A DNA stretch of 64,000 nucleotides from a virus: the IMG/VR virus record IMGVR_UViG_3300023184_007611, positions 1 through 64,000 of that record; one strand, given 5' to 3'. Below the pieces are notes generated by a model. It had not been told where the DNA came from and searched no databases. It saw only the letters and a list, made by a program, of their open reading frames with translations. Position 1 is the stretch's first letter; each line of letters starts with the position of its first letter. Shown in pieces: positions 60,693 to 64,000 of this stretch. The position numbers and the translations under genes are program-made.

Positions 60693-61401
60693 CTAAAATT
60701 TTTCTAAATCTGCATATTGATAGTTTTCAAAACTAAAATTAAAAAGTTCTATGTCTTTTGCATGTATTTTCTCTACTAATTCTATTGTTTTGTCATCATA
60801 GTAAGTTTTGAAAAATTCATGCTTTTCTTCGTGTATATTTTTTTGATCTTTTTCTTTTACTTTGTTTAAATCTTCTGTTCTGTTACTTATTTTTTTTATT
60901 AATTCAAAATCATTGTTTAAATTGTGTAAATTGATTATATAATCAACTCCAATTTTATCATTTAGATTTATATAATTATAATAGCTATTATTTTTAATTA
61001 ATTTTTCTAGATCACTTTCCTCATATAGATGCAAAATCCAATCTTTAAAAGTATATTTCTTTTCTATAATTCCAATCCAATACTTAATTCCTTCTGGATT
61101 TATTGGGTTTTTCATAGTTAAGATCTGTTTTCTTGTTCTATAATTAAATTCTGAAAGAATTCTCTCCCAAGGATTTCTAAATATTACAAACTTAAAATAA
61201 TCCTCAAAAGGAATAGATTGATATATCTTTTTCTTATCATAAAATTCTCTTTTTATATCTGCTAACATGCGATGGCCAGTTTTTTTACCTGTGATCAGGA
61301 ATATCTGAATAACCAAAATAGGTTTTTACTGTTCCTCCACCTGTCTTTGGTATATGTACAAATAACAATGGTGTTTTATTTTTTCTTGGATTTTGTATCA
61401 T
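60693..61401 (-). pseudogene. Sulfotransferase family 2 gene split by a frameshift
   Basis: 61401-61285 encodes FVHIPKTGG then TAA; the rest (FRNPWERILS...DIELF) is in the +1 frame. Confidence 0.8.
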
Positions 61402-61517
61402 TAAAAAATTTCCTTTTTATTAACACATAAATTTTTTGTTAACATGTAATTTATATACAGTCAATAAATAAAAAATTTTACTACAGTAATACATAATAAA
61501 AAAGGAGATTTGCTAAC

Positions 61518-62342
61518 ATGAGGAAAATATTTAAAAATCTATCTGGTGAAGGTTCATCTACGCCACCGCCTGCGACAACATCAGAGCCAACTACAACTGC
61601 TTCACCTACGACAACATTAGAGCCAACTACAACTGCTTCACCTACGACAACATTAGAGCCTACTACAACACCACCTACTACAACACCACCTACTACAACT
61701 GCTTCACCTACGACAAAACCTCCTACTACTACTAAAAAACCTACAACAACTACAACAACTACTACTCCAAATTGTGTTGCTGACCTTAAAACATATAAGT
61801 CGTATTGTTCGCAAGAAACTACAGACTTAGCAAGTAAAAAAGATAAAATAGCTTCACGCAAAACTAAATTATCAGATAAAAAAACTAAAGAAGGCGAATT
61901 GAAAACAGCACAACAAAATTATAAAGAAAATGTAAGTGCCTACAAAAAAGCTTTAGCAGCCAGAAACAAAGATATTGAAAACATTGCTGCACAAAAAAAA
62001 ATAATTGCAGCAAAAACTAAAATAATTAATGATCCAAACTCAACTAAAAAAGCTAAAAATGATGCAATAATAGCAAAGAAAAATGCTATTGCTGCAAATG
62101 TAAAAAACCAAGCAAGTTATGATAAACATACAGCAACATATGAAAAAGCATTTAAAGATGCAAGTTTTTATGATAAATTGAAAAATTCTTTGGAAAGTTC
62201 AATTGCAAGTCTAACAAAACAAATTAATGCTTTAGATAAACAAATACAAGCCCTAACTGATAGCTTATCAGCACTTAATCAATCTAAGTCAGATTTAAGA
62301 AATACTATGGTTGATAGAGGATGCAATGAGCCTTCTTGCTAA
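61518..62342 (+). CDS. Mucin-like Thr/Pro linker plus Cys-bracketed Lys/Ala-rich coiled coil
   Basis: EPTTTASPTTT repeats, TTTKKPTTT, PNC...C...GCNEPSC; AAGGAG RBS. Confidence 0.82.
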   Translation: MRKIFKNLSGEGSSTPPPATTSEPTTTASPTTTLEPTTTASPTTTLEPTTTPPTTTPPTTTASPTTKPPTTTKKPTTTTTTTTPNCVADLKTYKSYCSQETTDLASKKDKIASRKTKLSDKKTKEGELKTAQQNYKENVSAYKKALAARNKDIENIAAQKKIIAAKTKIINDPNSTKKAKNDAIIAKKNAIAANVKNQASYDKHTATYEKAFKDASFYDKLKNSLESSIASLTKQINALDKQIQALTDSLSALNQSKSDLRNTMVDRGCNEPSC

Positions 62343-62382
62343 TAAATGATCATCATAAGCAATAAAATATATAAATAAATCT

Positions 62383-64000
62383 ATGGACTTTAAAAAATGG
62401 TTATTATTAATTGAAACAGATGTTAAGAACTGGGAAAATGAAATAAAATCTTCTTCTTACAGTAGATCTTTTGCATTTGAAAATTGGTTTCCTACAGAAG
62501 GCAGAGTTTATATTCCATTTGAATCAGAAGAATCAGAAGATTCAAAAATTGATAAAGATATAGAAAACTATTTTAAAGACCATGAAAAGTATGAAATATT
62601 AGATTATCCTAAAGGATTAGCTGCTGATAAAATTTCAAAAAGACCAATGAAAATTGGAAAAATATTAGAAATGGAAGCTAAAAAAGAAGAAAATAAAATA
62701 AAATCATCTTATGAAAACAAACAAATTTCAGATATTAAATATCAAGACGAATTAAAATGGCATAAAGAATACTACAAAGGCCTTTTATCTACATTCACTT
62801 CGTCTAAGTATAGAGTTGGAGTTAAATCTACATCACCATATATGATAGTCTTCAGTAGCATTCCTGAAGATATTGCTGCAATGTCTACTAATCGTAATTG
62901 GACATCATGTATGAATCTTCAAGGTGGAGCAAACAGAGAAAGCGTATTTTGTGAAATAAAAAATGGTGGATTTATAGCTTATCTTTGTCTTAAAGATGAT
63001 AAAAATATTGAAAAACCATTAGCAAGAGTGCTTATCCGTAGATTTGATAATAAAGCAGGTAAATCAATAGCAGTATTAGAAGAAAGTGTTTATGGAAATT
63101 CTTTAGATGGATTCGAACAACAAGTTCAAAAATGGATTGATTCAAAACAAGGTAAAATAAAACCAGCTAAATATATTCGCAAAGGTGGCTGGCATTCAGA
63201 TACATTTGGAACTGCTGACCCTGATGATAGTGTTCAACGACAACGCAGAGATATGACAAAAATATTTTATCCCAAAACAGCTGATGGTCTGTTTAAAATG
63301 CTAGAGAAAAAAAGAGAACCAGAAGTCACAAGAGACATATTACAAAAGTTACTTGATCCAAATTTAGTACTTGATGAAGAAAACAAAACTAAACTTATTA
63401 ATTTAATAAACTCTGAATGGACTATCAATACTTTTGTATACAATCTTTACGCTGCTGATTTCAAAAGAAAATTATTTTTAAAATATCCTGAACTTTTAAA
63501 TAACCAAGAATTTTCTAATTTAAGAACTTATGATCGAGAAAAATTAGCTAGAAATAATCCAAAATTTAAAGAACTTCAAAAAGATTTAGCAATTAATGCA
63601 ATATTATCTTTTGACCCAAGCAATCCATCTTTAAAAATACACAATCCTGAATATGGTAGACCAGAAGCTTACAGTCAAATTACTGATATTGTTTTAGATT
63701 TTTCTGGTACAGGCAAATTAACAGAACCTTTAATTCGTAAATTAGTTGAAATTTCAGAATACTTTTTAAAAATATATGAAGCTGAAAAAGATAAAAGTTG
63801 GGGAGGGCCATTTGGAATCATCAAACATATCCTTGGTTTTTTAAGCAATGGAGATGCAGATACACCTACTGTCATAAAATTTTACAGTCGTTTATTACCA
63901 TATTTTAACGATGATTTATTTATGGATGGATTAGGAACTGCATTGGCTCGATTAGGAGAAAATGGCAGACAATTTTTGCCATTTTTACAACAAAAATTAC
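62383..64000 (+). CDS. Large protein with MDFKKWLLLIE leader (partial; not in ORF track)
   Basis: Frame appears open from ATG 62383 to the window end; AMSTNRNWTSCM, FIAYL, PLARV motifs. Confidence 0.85.
   Translation, partial: MDFKKWLLLIETDVKNWENEIKSSSYSRSFAFENWFPTEGRVYIPFESEESEDSKIDKDIENYFKDHEKYEILDYPKGLAADKISKRPMKIGKILEMEAKKEENKIKSSYENKQISDIKYQDELKWHKEYYKGLLSTFTSSKYRVGVKSTSPYMIVFSSIPEDIAAMSTNRNWTSCMNLQGGANRESVFCEIKNGGFIAYLCLKDDKNIEKPLARVLIRRFDNKAGKSIAVLEESVYGNSLDGFEQQVQKWIDSKQGKIKPAKYIRKGGWHSDTFGTADPDDSVQRQRRDMTKIFYPKTADGLFKMLEKKREPEVTRDILQKLLDPNLVLDEENKTKLINLINSEWTINTFVYNLYAADFKRKLFLKYPELLNNQEFSNLRTYDREKLARNNPKFKELQKDLAINAILSFDPSNPSLKIHNPEYGRPEAYSQITDIVLDFSGTGKLTEPLIRKLVEISEYFLKIYEAEKDKSWGGPFGIIKHILGFLSNGDADTPTVIKFYSRLLPYFNDDLFMDGLGTALARLGENGRQFLPFLQQKL

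Noticed and set aside
61285-61300. Programmed +1 frameshift at AGG-TAA
   Set aside because: No plausible tRNA re-pairing (AGG to GGU) and no correctly spaced SD; a simple indel is more parsimonious.

Overview
AT-rich, gene-dense window (standard genetic code; TAA, TAG and TGA all used as stops) that reads as the accessory and virion-surface region of a large tailed bacteriophage. It has Shine-Dalgarno sites, sigma70-like promoters, intrinsic terminators, thyA-folA, uvsE, an IscA/HesB protein, HNH and homing endonucleases, and one tRNA-Arg(UCU). No capsid, terminase or polymerase gene is present, so the phage call is inferred. A DUF1559 prepilin-like gene points to a Planctomycetota (Gemmataceae-like) host. 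Three linked patterns stand out. (1) About ten otherwise mostly unrelated proteins share an N-terminal M-x(1-4)-F-x-x-[WY]-[LMVF]...E leader resembling the T4 internal-protein capsid-targeting sequence, often behind a TAnATA box 4-5 nt before a leaderless ATG. (2) Mucin-like Thr/Pro/Lys-repeat proteins co-occur with about ten glycosyltransferases (some TPR-fused), several methyltransferases, two sulfotransferases and a GDP-mannose 3,5-epimerase, suggesting a phage-built glycan coat. (3) Two small domains occur both alone and fused to different payloads. Smaller oddities include a tRNA-like minihelix directly after the tRNA, a 22-codon internally deleted copy of a GNAT gene, and a frameshifted sulfotransferase. 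All family calls come from motif recognition by eye, not database searches.
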